Below, piece by piece: positions 13,700 through 26,194 of a DNA stretch of 64,000 bases. Under the pieces are notes generated by a model. That model saw nothing but the letters and a program-made list of their open reading frames with translations. It made no database searches and was not told the DNA's origin. The first letter of the stretch is position 1. The number at the start of each line of letters is the position of its first letter. Both the position numbers and the translations under genes were made by a program. Location: contig RDEW01000001.1 of the NCBI GenBank assembly GCA_011109175.1, positions 446,395 through 510,394 on the forward strand, written 5' to 3'. The stretch comes from Dicyema japonicum (lineage: Eukaryota; Animalia; Dicyemida).

Positions 13700-15168
13700 G
13701 CTTTTGTACGACCACTCTATAATAAGTCTGGTAAAGAAGTATGTGAAAACTTAAGATCTTTGTTCCGCTTGAATGGGCCGGCCCTGACCCCCTTTTTGAA
13801 AAAAATCGCTACACTAATAAATGAATTGTTTTCAACTAACTCAACTTTGCCCCTGGGAACGGGATTACTACAACCTATACAAAAACCCAATAAACCCAAA
13901 GGACCGGTTGAAAACTTACGACCTATTATATTATCAAATTCTCTACGGAAAGTCTTAGCTAACATTGTATTGGAACAAATAAAAGGACCCGCCTATGAAT
14001 ACCTACCCGAAAGTCAAAGTGGGTTCAGAGAAGGAAGATCAACAGCTGATGCAGTCTGGAGTCACAGATAGAGATGTGCAACACATCAAAGATATTGCAA
14101 TGCCACCCACATTCTGGGAATAGATCTATCAAAAGCCTTTGACTCGGTTAACAGCAAAAAATTGATGACAAAGCTGGAAGGGTTTATTGACGAATCGAGT
14201 CTAAGAATGATTCAAATCCTTCTATCTAACACAGAGCTCCTTGTGAGAGTTGGAAAAACCTACTCAAGAAAATTTGAAACAAACACAGGCACTCCTCAAG
14301 GAGACTCCCTCTCTCCGCTGCTATTCACAATATACTTGGAGGCCTCTATGAGGGAACTGAGACCATTATACCAAGGAAAAATAGAAGAAGTGATTTATGC
14401 TGATGATGTCGACCTAATTTCTGAAGACAAAGAACTCCTGGAGCATGTACTAGAAAAAGCACCAAATAGACTTGGGAAATGGTTTCTCACCGTGAACAGG
14501 GAAAAAAACAGAACGGACAGAAATAAGACGAATGAACAACTCACTCGAAGAAAATTGGAGACACATAAATAAACTTGGCTCTCTACTAGGAGATAGCGAA
14601 GACATCATACAGAGAAAAACATTGGTAAATGCGGTATTACACAGGTTGAAAAATCTTTGGCTAAAACGGATAGGGTACAACATAAAACAAAGGATTATGT
14701 TATACGACACATTCATCAAACCAATCCTATTATACAACTCTGGGACTTGGGCCACCTCTAAATAGGAATTGGAAAGGCTAGACTCATTTCACAGGAATCA
14801 TCTAAGAAACATAACTGGAATGTCCTGGCCATCCAAGATGTGTACACCATTAAGCCACGAGATCATTAGCTCTCGTTGGAGACTTTTTAGACATGTCCTG
14901 AGGTTGGACCCGATATCCCCTCCGAATATTGCAATGGAAGATTACTACTCCTCCAATGTAAAACGCTTTTGTGGAAGACCGAGAACTACCCTCTCGGTCG
15001 TTCTACAAAACGATCTGAAAGCCGTGAAGAAAACATTGGCATCTGGTGACGATCTGGATTCACTGAGAGACCTAGCAAAGAACAGAAGAGCTTGGAGCAA
15101 CCTAACTAATTCTCTTATATTTTTGGGCTATAAATATTATGGCTCTCGTGAAAGTGCTAATAATAATA
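13700..15168 (+). mobile_element. RTE-X-like non-LTR element, second copy, with (TAA)n tail
   Basis: ORFs 13658..14071, 14162..14572, 14532..14765 and 14769..15173 carry RT motifs (GTPQGDSLSP, YADD) and GRPRTTL; ends ...GGCTCTCGTGAAAGTGCTAATAATAAT. Confidence 0.9.
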
Positions 15169-15174
15169 TCTGAT

Positions 15175-15853
15175 AGTAATTTTATCAGATTGAAAAAAAA
15201 ACTATATTCATGGATGCTGAAAAATTTTAAATCAATCTCATTGAACTTATTGCTGTGAAAAAGGGATATCTTGCTCTACCTCCTACTCAAGTCAGCGTAG
15301 AAAGGCTGTTTTCTGGGCTAAAATTTATCAAATCAGACCTTCGAACTTCTATGAAGGAAGACCTGGTCGAAGCTATATTATTTCTAATAAATAATAGTTA
15401 AATTTTCTTTTATAAATGTTTTTTTCTGTTATTCTTACAACGTCTAATCGACATTATTGAATCAAGGTAGAGACTGTTCGGCCACGTGCTTAGAATGGAC
15501 ATAAACGCCCCTGCAAATATAATAATGGACAATTACTTTAACAACGAGAACAAACCATCATTCAGAGGAAGACCCAGAGTCACTCTACCTGTGGCTCTGA
15601 ACAAGGATCTTAATGGGATTAGAAGAAATCTTAAATCTGCAGAAGACCTAGAAGATCTAAGAACAGATGCGGAAAGCAGAGGGCGATGGAGACGCCTAGT
15701 GAAGCAGATTGTGAAACGTACGGGATCTTAGTTAATATAACGTTCTTTGGTTCTGTGAAAGTGCTTTAATAATAATTACAACGTCTGAATTGTTTATTTA
15801 ATAACCGGAGTCGGAACGGAGTCGTGCTATATTTTACCGACTCCACAGTCCTG
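15175..15853 (+). mobile_element. hAT DNA transposon 3' end (dimerisation domain and right terminal repeat)
   Basis: LALPPTQVSVERLFSGLKFIKSDLRTSMKEDLVEAILFL ends at stop 15401; terminus CCGACTCCACAGTCCTG (reverse complement CAGGACTGTGGAGTCGG) with subterminal GGAGTCG repeats. Confidence 0.8.
15446..15775 (+). mobile_element. RTE-X-like 3' fragment inserted in the hAT end, 11-bp target-site duplication
   Basis: RLFGHVLRMD...FRGRPRVTLP and (TAA)n tail; TTACAACGTCT at 15435-15445 and 15776-15786. Confidence 0.9.
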
Positions 15854-15854
15854 G

Positions 15855-16220
15855 TTTCATCACTTCTTAAAAGTTTCTTCGCTTCGAGTGTATGGTGCTC
15901 ATACTTTAGGCCTTTTCTGATTAATGTAAGTAGTCCTCCACGTTTCTTAGTGCGGCAAGAGGCGTAGTATCTTTTGCTGATAGCTTCGATTCTTGGATGA
16001 GCACGATGTCAGCTTTAAGTTTAACAATCAGAGTTCTAAGTTCAATAATTTTGCCTTTTATTCAGTTCATATTTAGTTGTATAATGGAGATCCGGTCTAT
16101 GACTTGTGTAGGTTAAAAATCCTAGAAGCTGTCGCCAGACCAGTAATCCTTGGAAATACTTTAGGAGCATTTTGAGCGCCTCCAGAATTGTTGCATCCGG
16201 TGAGCCACATGAGGCCACGC
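15855..16220 (-). mobile_element. Ingi/Vingi-like element 5' end (endonuclease N-terminus)
   Basis: IIQLNMN.IKGKIIELRTLIVKLKADIVLIQESKL...RGGLLTLI; 5' motif CGTGGCCTCATGTGGCTCACC matches CGTGGCGTCATGTGGTTCACC at 31787. Confidence 0.8.
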
Positions 16221-17107
16221 TAAGATTGTGTTTTAATTTTGTTTTATTAATAACCAAATAATTGTAGTTTGTGTTATAATTAATGGGTATCACACTTCAA
16301 ATAACAATAGATAATAATTAGTTCACATTGATTTGAATTTACTATATTAGCCATTCCAATATTAATGCTTCCATCACCACTTAGGAGAAGGGATAATTTA
16401 AGGTCAGACATCAAGAGAATACGATACTGAATTTATGAATGACTGAGAGTCAACAATATAGTTTTATGATCAAATATTTTAATATAAAAATATTTGAATT
16501 CTAGAGTGATCGATTTGTGATCGCATTAATTAAATAACTCAAACAATCCGAAATTTATTTTACGTAAGCCAGAAGATCTCAATGAAACTCTGGCCTTTTA
16601 ATTTCATCGATGAAATGCCCTGGAAATGGAAAAGAAACAAAGTGATCCCAACAAACTGCGGTTTAATACAAGTGAATAATTCCCTCAGAATCCAGCCTAG
16701 CAAGAAGAAAGTCCATTCTAAAATCCGAAGGGGCAATCCAAGTCAAACACGTGGAGGTAATAATAATGATTGTTGAGGCATCATTATAGCTGTTTTCTGA
16801 CATTTAGTGTGTTAGTCTTAAAAAAGTCTCCTTCCCAGACGAGATGACTGAGCAAAAGCCACTCTGTGTTGTCCACGAGATTAGAAAAACAAAGTCATCG
16901 AAATGCAGCTTATTTTAAAATCTATTTTATAACAGTTTAAATATTATATTTTCACGTTTTTATTCTTTTTCTCACGAATCCCCCACTCTTTTCTTCCTTG
17001 ATTCATAAGATAATGGAAACCCAAGATTTTAAACAAGGAGATCGTAAAATGCGGGTTATACTATAATAATAGTTTCACGTGGGAGAATTAAAAGAAATAT
17101 AAAATCG

Positions 17108-20100
17108 TCAATCCATTCTTTGATTCATCGATTGTGGTCGTTCTGGTCTGAATTCGATCCCTCGTTGCCTCATCTCCTGCAGTGCCTTCTCCCTGCAATA
17201 CTTCCTATTACACAAACTTCATAAATCGCTCCAAACTTAATTGCTTTCTCATTTTCTGCAAATCTTCCCCAAGTCCGTCGCATGAGTCCCTTCCTATCTT
17301 CATCTCCCTAACCAAATCCTCACGACTATGAGAGAAAACCTCTACTTTTTAACAGTCAGCTGATTAACTCCTTCCTCTAAATTATGTATTCTCTCCTGCT
17401 TCTCTTCAATCGTTAAGTTTTGCCGGTAAATTTTGTCCCTTGCATTCTGGAGGGCGTCGTTCATGTCCTTCACTCTGATGTTCTCGTACTTCAGTCGACT
17501 TTGAAGTTGTTCAATCTCAGCCACATGCTCCCCCATCACTTCCTCCATCCTGTTCTGAGAACTTTCCCTTACGACAAGCTGTCCTTGTAGTCTATCTCTC
17601 CCAAACTGAGTTTCCCAGCCAAATCAGCTGCATTCTTCAAGTCAGACCGTAAATTATCATTCTCCCGTTCCATCGAGGCTAAACTGGTCTCCAATCTGCC
17701 GACTGAGTGCCTTAGTGTCTCCAATTCAACCTCCTGTTCGGTTATAGTCCTCAGATTCTGCATTAATGAACTGGCAAACTTGCTTGTTGTCAAATAGTGA
17801 TGATTCTATCCGATTCTGATACTCTACGTGGCATTGTTTATACTTCTGAATTTCCCCCACCATCTTATCCCTCTCAGTCCGTAGGTCCTCCACCTTCTCT
17901 ACCAGTTTGCTCTGTTCTGTGCGGAAGGCGTCCAATTGGTCATTTTTAGAGTAGAGGGATTTATTCATTGTCTCTATTTCGCTCTTCATGGATTCCATCT
18001 GTGTTTCCATGAGACCCACGTGCTCATTTGCTTCCCTTTTATCTTTCTCTAACTTCTTGGATCGTTTGATTAAGGCAGAAAGTTCATCCACTATCCTTTC
18101 ATTCTCACATGTAGCCTTCTGGTTGACTATTACAAATCTCTCGTTCTCATTGCAACTCATCTCCAATCGACGCCTCAAACAGTCCATCTCCTGGGAAACG
18201 GACGAAAGAGCCCGCTTAAGTTGTCTTTGAAGTTATACCAAAAGTATTACGATATCTCATTCTCAAGTGAGGACTGACATTTTTCTCCAATTTTTATCTG
18301 TTCTGTCTTTTCATTCACTTCATTAGTCAGTTGGTCGATTATGATTGCCTTTTCATCAATCTCAAGACTCAGTTTATAGTGCTCTTCATCCATTTGGCCA
18401 ATAGTCACCCTCATCTTATCCCCAAATTAGCGAAATCTGCAGAATTTGACGTTTCCCTCTCCAAGTGAACCCGCATTTCCGTTAGATCATCTTCCAACAT
18501 GTTGATTTCATCCTCTTTGGCAGTCAACTTTGTTCTAAGCTCTGATATAAACTGTTCTTGTCTGTTGGTCTCCTCCCTGCCTTCTATATTTACAAATACC
18601 TGAATTTTTCACGTTCCCTCTCAAGCACGTGTCTATCGTCCATTTCTTCCCTGCATCGATTCTCGGCTGTGACAAGCTGGTCGTTCAATCTTTCATTCTC
18701 CTTGTTCACTCTTTCAGTTTTTTCCCGCTCAATCTGTAACTCTACGTTTAGTCCTCGCAATTCTTTGTTGAGAGCCTCGTATTTGTCAGTCAAAGTCTAA
18801 TATACAGCAAAATATAGCCAACCTGAAAGTTAAACGTCAATTCCTTTATTCTTTCTTCATTTACCAGTTTCTAATATAACACACATGGGAACCTCTTCAA
18901 CGAGATCAACATCATGCGCAGCATTTACCCGCTCAACCTAAACTTCATGAGGAAAGAGTACCTTCAGTTCGTATAAACGGCGGTACTCCTCCTTCTCCTT
19001 CATTAAAGTGTCCACGTAAGATTGAATCTAAGAATAAGAAAGACTTAAACATTGAGAACTCGAGTCTCCAAACGACTAAGTAGTCCTTTCAACTCGTCCC
19101 TTTCCTGTCTGATCTGACAATAATCGGAAGAATCATTCGCATGAGATATAGCACGAGGTACATATTCAACCGACTTTTCCCGCTCTCTATGAATTTCATC
19201 TAATAACTGCCGCTCTTTTATTAGTGAAGATAACAAACCTCGACAAGTTTTCTGTTCGAGTCGATTGGAAAGCTGATTTTTGGATTCGTGGCATTTTTGC
19301 AGCATTTTAGACAATTCTACATTCTTTTCTCGTTCAGTGTCCAATTCATTTCTAATTTTATCTCCATTCCTAGCCAGCTCTTGATTTTCCTACAAAATCA
19401 TAAATACTATCAAACTTTAATCAAATCATCAAAGTGTTCCAAATCAATCCCCTCTCCAATCTTTGAGGCTGAACCGACTTAACTTCAGATTCTTCCCGGA
19501 TTCTAGCCGCATTCTTTCCAATCACTCTTTCTCGCTTCTCTGATCGAATAGACTTAATCTCCCGCTCTAGTTCGTGAATCTCGTGTAAGTATTTGTCCAT
19601 CTCAATCTTCCCTGCTGATATCAACTGATCCACCCGTAATTCTAGTTCTCTGTTTTGTTGCTCCAAATATTCAATCTATAATCAAAATCTCACATCACCT
19701 GTGTTGTCTGCTGTTGAATAATCTGGTCATTCGCCATTTTATCGGAGAAGGCAGGTCCAACCCCAAATTTGGTCAAATTTAGTCGCTCAATCTCAAGATC
19801 TCTAGCTTTCACCTTGGACATTAGATTCATCAAACTTGTCTGTCAAAATATTGATTTTCCTGTTCTAATTTATTAGTCTTATTTATCAGTTCAGCATTCT
19901 CAGCACTCAGTTGATCTATTCGAGAATCAGCAATCTGCATTAGATCTACGCCTTCTAGTTGTGGAGGACTACTAATGGTCTCCCAGTCGTCCAGTTTGTA
20001 TGAAATCTCCATCCTTTGTCGACAAAACCCCTTCTTATGCTTTGATGTGTGAACAGCGGCCTGAGAAAATCTCTCCTGGTAGTCCACCAGTTTAGCTAGC

Positions 20101-20562
20101 TTATTTTCACTTTCCTGTTCGATTTGTCTTAGTCTGAGCATGTACTGGTTGTTAAGGAACTTCAAATCTTCATTCTCGTGCTGCAGTTTTCGTAGAATTG
20201 CTCTAAATTCTTAAGTTTCGACTTGTAACAACCTTGTAATTTGTTTTCACAGTTTTCGTTTGCTTTGATGTGTCGATTCTGAAGCTCAGAGTTGGTTTTG
20301 GCTAATCGTTCATTCTCTGCTCTCAAATAGTCTGATGAATTCTCAGATGGGAGTAGATTTTGAGATGTTGGGAGGACCGGTGTGCTTTTAGCAGTCTATT
20401 TGTGAGGAATAAATAAACCCTAAGACTTTCTGTTGTCGCTATTAGGTCCCCGAATAGTTTTTCTACTAATGGGAGAGACTCTAATCCAAGACATTGTCTA
20501 TATCCTAACTGGTCTAACCGTTTTCTTAGGAGGACATAGCGGTCATCGCAACTTGTTGACAT
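17108..20562 (-). CDS. CEP135: Centrosomal protein CEP135/Bld10, ~1017 aa, 18 exons
   Basis: N-terminus RYVLLRKRLDQLGYRQCLGLESLPLVEKLFGDLIATTESLR, internal DLKFLNNQY, C-terminal KQLSLERFMKEKALQEMRQR all match the family. 16 GT-AG introns of 20-26 nt plus one unresolved junction (18415-18440); spliced length 3054 nt if that junction is a 26-nt GC-AG intron. Confidence 0.95.
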
Positions 20563-20719
20563 TTCTGTCTCCTGGATACAATTTTATATTATTTCCTAAT
20601 TTTATATTATTTATTATTAACAATTTTATAAATATAATAAAAAATTTTGTGATGTGGTGCACTTACGTTTCAGCTGGAAATAATTTTGATTCTTGCGAAA
20701 TCAAAAAGCAAGAATAGTA

Positions 20720-23430
20720 TGATGGAGGTAGGACAGTTATCTTTGGGGATGGATGACGCCACGAGAAATATTATTGTCAAAAACCATAATGGTGGTGATC
20801 ATGCAGTCCTAACCAATTTGTATTCCCTTTCGTTTATCATCTAAGATGCTACATGTGTCTCTGAAGCTGGATGGGTGTATGAGATAGTTTATGCTGCGAA
20901 ACAGAAGTTTGGGAGGATCCCTAGAGGCAGATGGAGCCTTATCCTTAATCAGTTCAATGCGAAATTTTCGAAGAGTTCAAATATGTGTCAGCTGAAAAAG
21001 ATGGTCAAACAAATAAAAGGGGATAAGATTGATGGAGTAGCAAAATGGTGTAAATATGGAAATTTCAGAAAGTGTATAGAACTTAAACTCCAAATTAAGG
21101 AAATTAAGTCATTCCCGAGGGATACTCGAAAACCATCATTTAGAAGTATGTCAGAGTTAATATCTAAATCTGCGATTTATTATATTACGAAAGATGACCT
21201 CCTCAAGATATTAATGAGATATCCCATATTATTTATGCAGTGTGCATATATGGTTTTAATTGTGTTGGTTAAATTTCAGAGTACGTGGTTGGAGAACGCT
21301 GAGAAGAAAATCTAAAACTGACGGCAGAACTAGAACCTGTCAATCGTTTTCCAGCCAGGCTCTCCCTGTGTTTGAAAAACAAAAGGTTGTGGATGTTCTT
21401 TGTGCCTATAGATACAAAAGGGAGAGCCAGGACTGATGCTCTACTACGTGACCTGGTCAGAGTTAAGAAAAAGCAAAATAGCTATACATATATGGTTTCG
21501 ATGATGAAGATTGTATGGCGTTCTGGGAACAATTGTGAAAAGAAATGAGATGTCCGTATAGAAAGTGTTGGTAAAGTAATACTGGTGTCGAGGGCATGTT
21601 TGCCAGAGATCACGAATGAAATTATCTTTGATGTTATTAAATGGCTCCCCGATTGGAATGAGTGAGGATGGCAATGGGTCATACAATTTATTAAGAAAAT
21701 GTGATCTTTACATGGTTTATGTACTGAGATTAATTTAATTAATTAATGGGGAATATATGAAAATTGGTCATACTGGAATAACCTATTTAATTCCTTAAAA
21801 GATGATTGTGAGACTCATAAAGACTAACTATAACGTTATGCCAACATTATATTACAAAATGTGCTAAACTCTCAGATTTTGTGGATGTGTTTGGGCTATT
21901 ATCTGACAATCAGCTGGGGACGAGGAAACATTGTCAGGACGCAAAGGAACAAGCCTTTATTAATCAATGCTTAAATAAGGAGTATGGAAACGCACTTTAT
22001 TCTGCTTGGGTTGATGTGAAGAAGGCCTGTAAATCTCTAGTTTGATGGAGGAATTGGCTATGTAAAGTTGGGACGTGGAATTCTGCAATGAGATTCATTA
22101 TCCCACTATTTGTTATAGTAATGGAACACCTGAGTAGGATCCCTAACTCTTTGTTCCCAATACTCCAAATTAATCAGGAGGATAACAATACTTATTCCAC
22201 CAATCATTTGTTTTATTGACGATCTAAAATTATTTGGACTAAAAGATACTGTTATTAAAATAATGGAAGTTGTTCGCGAGTTCTTTCATGTTGCCGACTT
22301 GGAGATAAATTCGGAAGTCAGCTTTTAATGTTAAAACATTATCATGGTGTGAGACTCTGGAAGGAGTGAATGGATATTGATATTTGAGTGTTTTTTGAAG
22401 ATGGGGAAGTAATGTTCTTAAGAATTAAGTTGTTAAGGATGTTTTAAAAAACTAAATTTTGCGAACTTATTTCATGCAATAAATGAATATGCGATTCTCC
22501 ACCTATTATATTGGACTAATTAACCTTATTATTTTGATGAACCGTCAAATACGGAAACTGCTTACGACCCTTAGGTCACCTCAAACCTGCAAATAAAGAG
22601 AGGTTATATTTATCAGGGAGACTTCTGGGAAAGGACTTGATCAGTCACTTTCAAAAGTGAACTGATGCTTTTCCAGTTCCATAAAAAATCAGGAAAAGTA
22701 GTCGGCTATATGTTTGCGGAGGTCGTAGATTACCTTTTGCGAGACAGGAATTTGTTCTTTTCTACGTCGGGGACATTATGTAACCATTGCAAGAAATACA
22801 AGAAGACTGTTGACCACCTGGATGTTAACAGTGATCATGTCCGAAGGCTCAACGAAGTTGCAAAATGCTTACATCTCCATCTATGCAGAGAATATGTAGT
22901 CAAAAAGGCTAGACAGTCGAAGGGACATTCAGTCGATTCTATCAACACAGAATGTTGAGATGAGAGTCTAACTGAAACGAAAGTACAGTTCAACAAACCA
23001 GATATCTTCTTATATAACAAGATCCAGAATTATATAAGTCTAATCCAAATGGGAATTACATCTCAGGGTCGCATAAAACAGGTGGAAGTAGAAAAAGTTG
23101 ACCTCATCGCAAGTGAGATTTCGCTTCTCTACGATTGTCAAGTAAAGAATATCTCACTGGTTTTGCCATGGGATGAAGTTGTTTCGAAATGGTCCAAAAA
23201 TTATATAGATAAACTATCTGTTGAAGGAGCAATGAAAACATACATCCATTAGTTTTGTTGAAAAGACTCTCGAAAGTATGCAAATTGAACAAAAACACGG
23301 GATTAAGGTTTCTGATGAAGAGTACATCTCTGCTACTTCTCAACTTGAGGAATGCCGTGAGGACATCCCACTGAACTCTAATAGAGATATTTCGACTGAT
23401 CCTGAGGTAGAGATTGGGAATAAGGAGTTG
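20720..23430 (+). mobile_element. R4/NeSL-type RLE non-LTR element, near full length but heavily decayed
   Basis: QLGTRKHCQDAKEQAFINQCLNKEYG...AWVDVKKA, FIDDLKLFG, CNHCKKYKKTVDHL zinc knuckle, FNKPDIF...GITSQGRIKQVEVEK; collinear with 34745-38470. Confidence 0.85.
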
Positions 23431-23544
23431 ATTTGACACTCTTCTAAGAGAAAAGGAGGTATTACTAGCAATCTGGATTAAAATCCGCTTAATTGGATAA
23501 TTTACTCGTTTTGATTTGTTAATCGAATGCCGCTTCCCTCTGAT

Positions 23545-23608
23545 GGCGTCATTGGATCCACCATACTGAGGAGATGCTCAATGCTTGGCCTGCATCAAGA
23601 GGATCCAA
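23545..23608 (+). ncRNA. Predicted HDV-like ribozyme at the 5' end of a decayed Ingi/Vingi-like copy
   Basis: P1 GGCGTC/GATGCT, P2 TTGGATCC/GGATCCAA, P3 (A)CC/GG(A), P4 ATGC/GCAT, C23596 followed by AAGA in J4/2. Folded by eye. Confidence 0.65.
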
Positions 23609-24380
23609 CTATTCTTTGCCCAGTGGACAATGACGTTACCTGGAGACAAGTTCTGGAACGCTGGAACGATTCAGGATCAAGTAGTTAGTTTGGTTACCCT
23701 TGGTCTTTGGAATAATTTTAATTTAATATACTTCTTTATTCCTTATGTTGTTATGGAGAACTAAGCACAACGAAAAGAAATGGAAAGCCGCTTTGAACAG
23801 TGCGAATAAAAACAACCTCGTTGTTATGGAGAACTAAGCTTAAGAATATTCCCACTGTAACTACTTCTCCACATGTCAGGAATAAACCCCGACATACTTG
23901 TCGCCATAAGCAACAAACCTTACTCTAGATCTTTGGATGATCAACCAAAACACATGAGAATTAAAAAATGGCCGATCATTAAGTTATTGTAGATCTACAA
24001 TCAATTATGTGAAGAACACATTACCCAGGGAACAGATCTCAATAGCATTTTGGATCACTCACCATCAAGACGATAACCAAAAATAAACAAAATTCCAACA
24101 AAATTAAAATCCTTAATATATCCTCTACTGAAAAAGGATAAACCTTGTTCTTACCAGGCAATATCAATCTTGTTCGGACTGTCACAAAAACTGTAAAAAC
24201 TAGTCATCAACTAGATCACCCCATTCTTACAACTTCCCCTACTCCAAACTGGATTCAGGACACTCTATTCTAATCAAGAATTAATTCAATTTATCTCTGA
24301 CGGATTGAAATACGCAAAGCTACATGAGAGAATTGTGGTGGTCTCTTTAGACATCGAGAAAGTTTTTGACTCGGTTTGTT
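23545..24380 (+). mobile_element. Highly decayed Ingi/Vingi-like element (5' end and RT remnant)
   Basis: 5' ribozyme-like end; IYPLLKKDKP, QTGFR and VVVSLDIEKVFDSV remnants at ~24110-24375. Confidence 0.55.
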
Positions 24381-26194
24381 ATGTAAAAAAAGATTAAGAG
24401 GATGTAAATACTGTCGACTATATTGACTTGTCCAGAAATACAAGAAGGGAGTATGTAATATACTGAAAGAGTATGTTAACCATAATAGTCACAGTTATCT
24501 TCACTGAATGTAATTAACAACTCTTTGTGCAAACGCTGGATTATTAAGTCATTAGAATCATTGTGTTCTCGCATTTTCTCACCTCTTATGTAAGATTTCT
24601 TATGGATAATCAAGATGTCTTTTGAGTCAGCAATTTCATCTTTATTAGGTCGTCGTTATGGACATCACTCATTCTAGTATTTGTTGTCAATATTAAACAT
24701 TTATTTAAATATTAATTTTGTTATAAAAATAAGCTGAAAATGAATTAATAACTGTGAATGTGACAGAGGACATTGGAGAGGATTCAATTGATTCAAGGAA
24801 ATAAAATTGGATACAAATAGATGCGATCGATTTTGATGAGGGGGATACTGTGCTCAAAATCAGAAAATGTGAAATTCTAAATGCCGATTACTTTAAAAAA
24901 TATAAAAATACAAAGGCTAAAAGAAATGGTGAAAATACAAAAACAGTCAAAGGACTACTAAACAATGCTCTCGGGGACGATCATCGACCAAGAAAGGAAT
25001 ACAATCATGACGACCGAAAAAGTAAACATTGTTTCTCAAAATTTCAAATGAATATTCGACATGAAGTCGACAATGTGATCGAACTATATTAATATAGAAA
25101 ACTCTATAGGACCACATCTGCTATTGGAAAATTCGATACGGGAAAATCAGCAGATGGTGAATTATTGAGTTGGCTACATTCATAATTATACCAACGAACT
25201 AGTTAGGTTGGATAAACTATACTTCATTGGAACTTTAATTTCAATACAGAAACCTGACAGGGAAGGTTAAATATTATAGCGACAATACGCAAAATTGATA
25301 TTCTGGCTGTTCTGGACAAAATCCAGGTTAATAAATTCCTATCCTTAAACTAAATTCTGCATTGGAAGGTTGAGCATAGATGAGGTATGGGTACATAGAT
25401 GGTTTATTGGTCTGTAAGTGTAAAACCTCTATTCACAACCTGAGAATAATCCCTTTAGGCGTTTGACACAATAAAATAAAAAGTTGTTTGACAGCTTCAT
25501 GGGTCTTGATTAGACACGTCTATAATCTTTATAAGACGTAGAAGATGAAGAACATGAAAATGCTGGCTATAATTGATATAAATTACAACGGATTATTCAA
25601 TAAGAATATCTTAAAGTATCTATGTTCAAATAATTAGACGATCCTGGTGTTTGTCAGGAGTGAGTTCCCAATCTGCAATTATATTCAATCCTGAATTTGT
25701 GTGTTAACATAATTTAGTGAATAAAAATTCGATGAAATTAGTGAATAAAGGAAACAGAAATTATACAGGTTATCTTTACATTGTTAATCGGTTTTACTAG
25801 TTACCCTCACTAACATGCAGGAGGTTAGATTCTATCAAACATCCACCGAGAGAGTACTGGGCCTTCCACAAGTCCCTGGTGGTCCTGTTTCGAATTGTCT
25901 TTTGGCAGTAGGAGACTTACTCTTATATAATAAGTAGGATTTTAATAATAATTCATGACAAAATAGGACAATTTTTTTAATTGACCTTATTAATAATTCA
26001 TTTAACTGAATTGTCACATATTCCCCCATCAAAGATGGGAATCAATCATAATAATAGAACACTCCTGTAAAAATCGCATACTTGCACATAATAAATCCAA
26101 GTGATAAACCATAGACTAATCAATACTTAACAATTGAACTTAATTATGTTTACCCAATCGAAAAAACACGGAATAAGGAAATTATCAATTCTAA

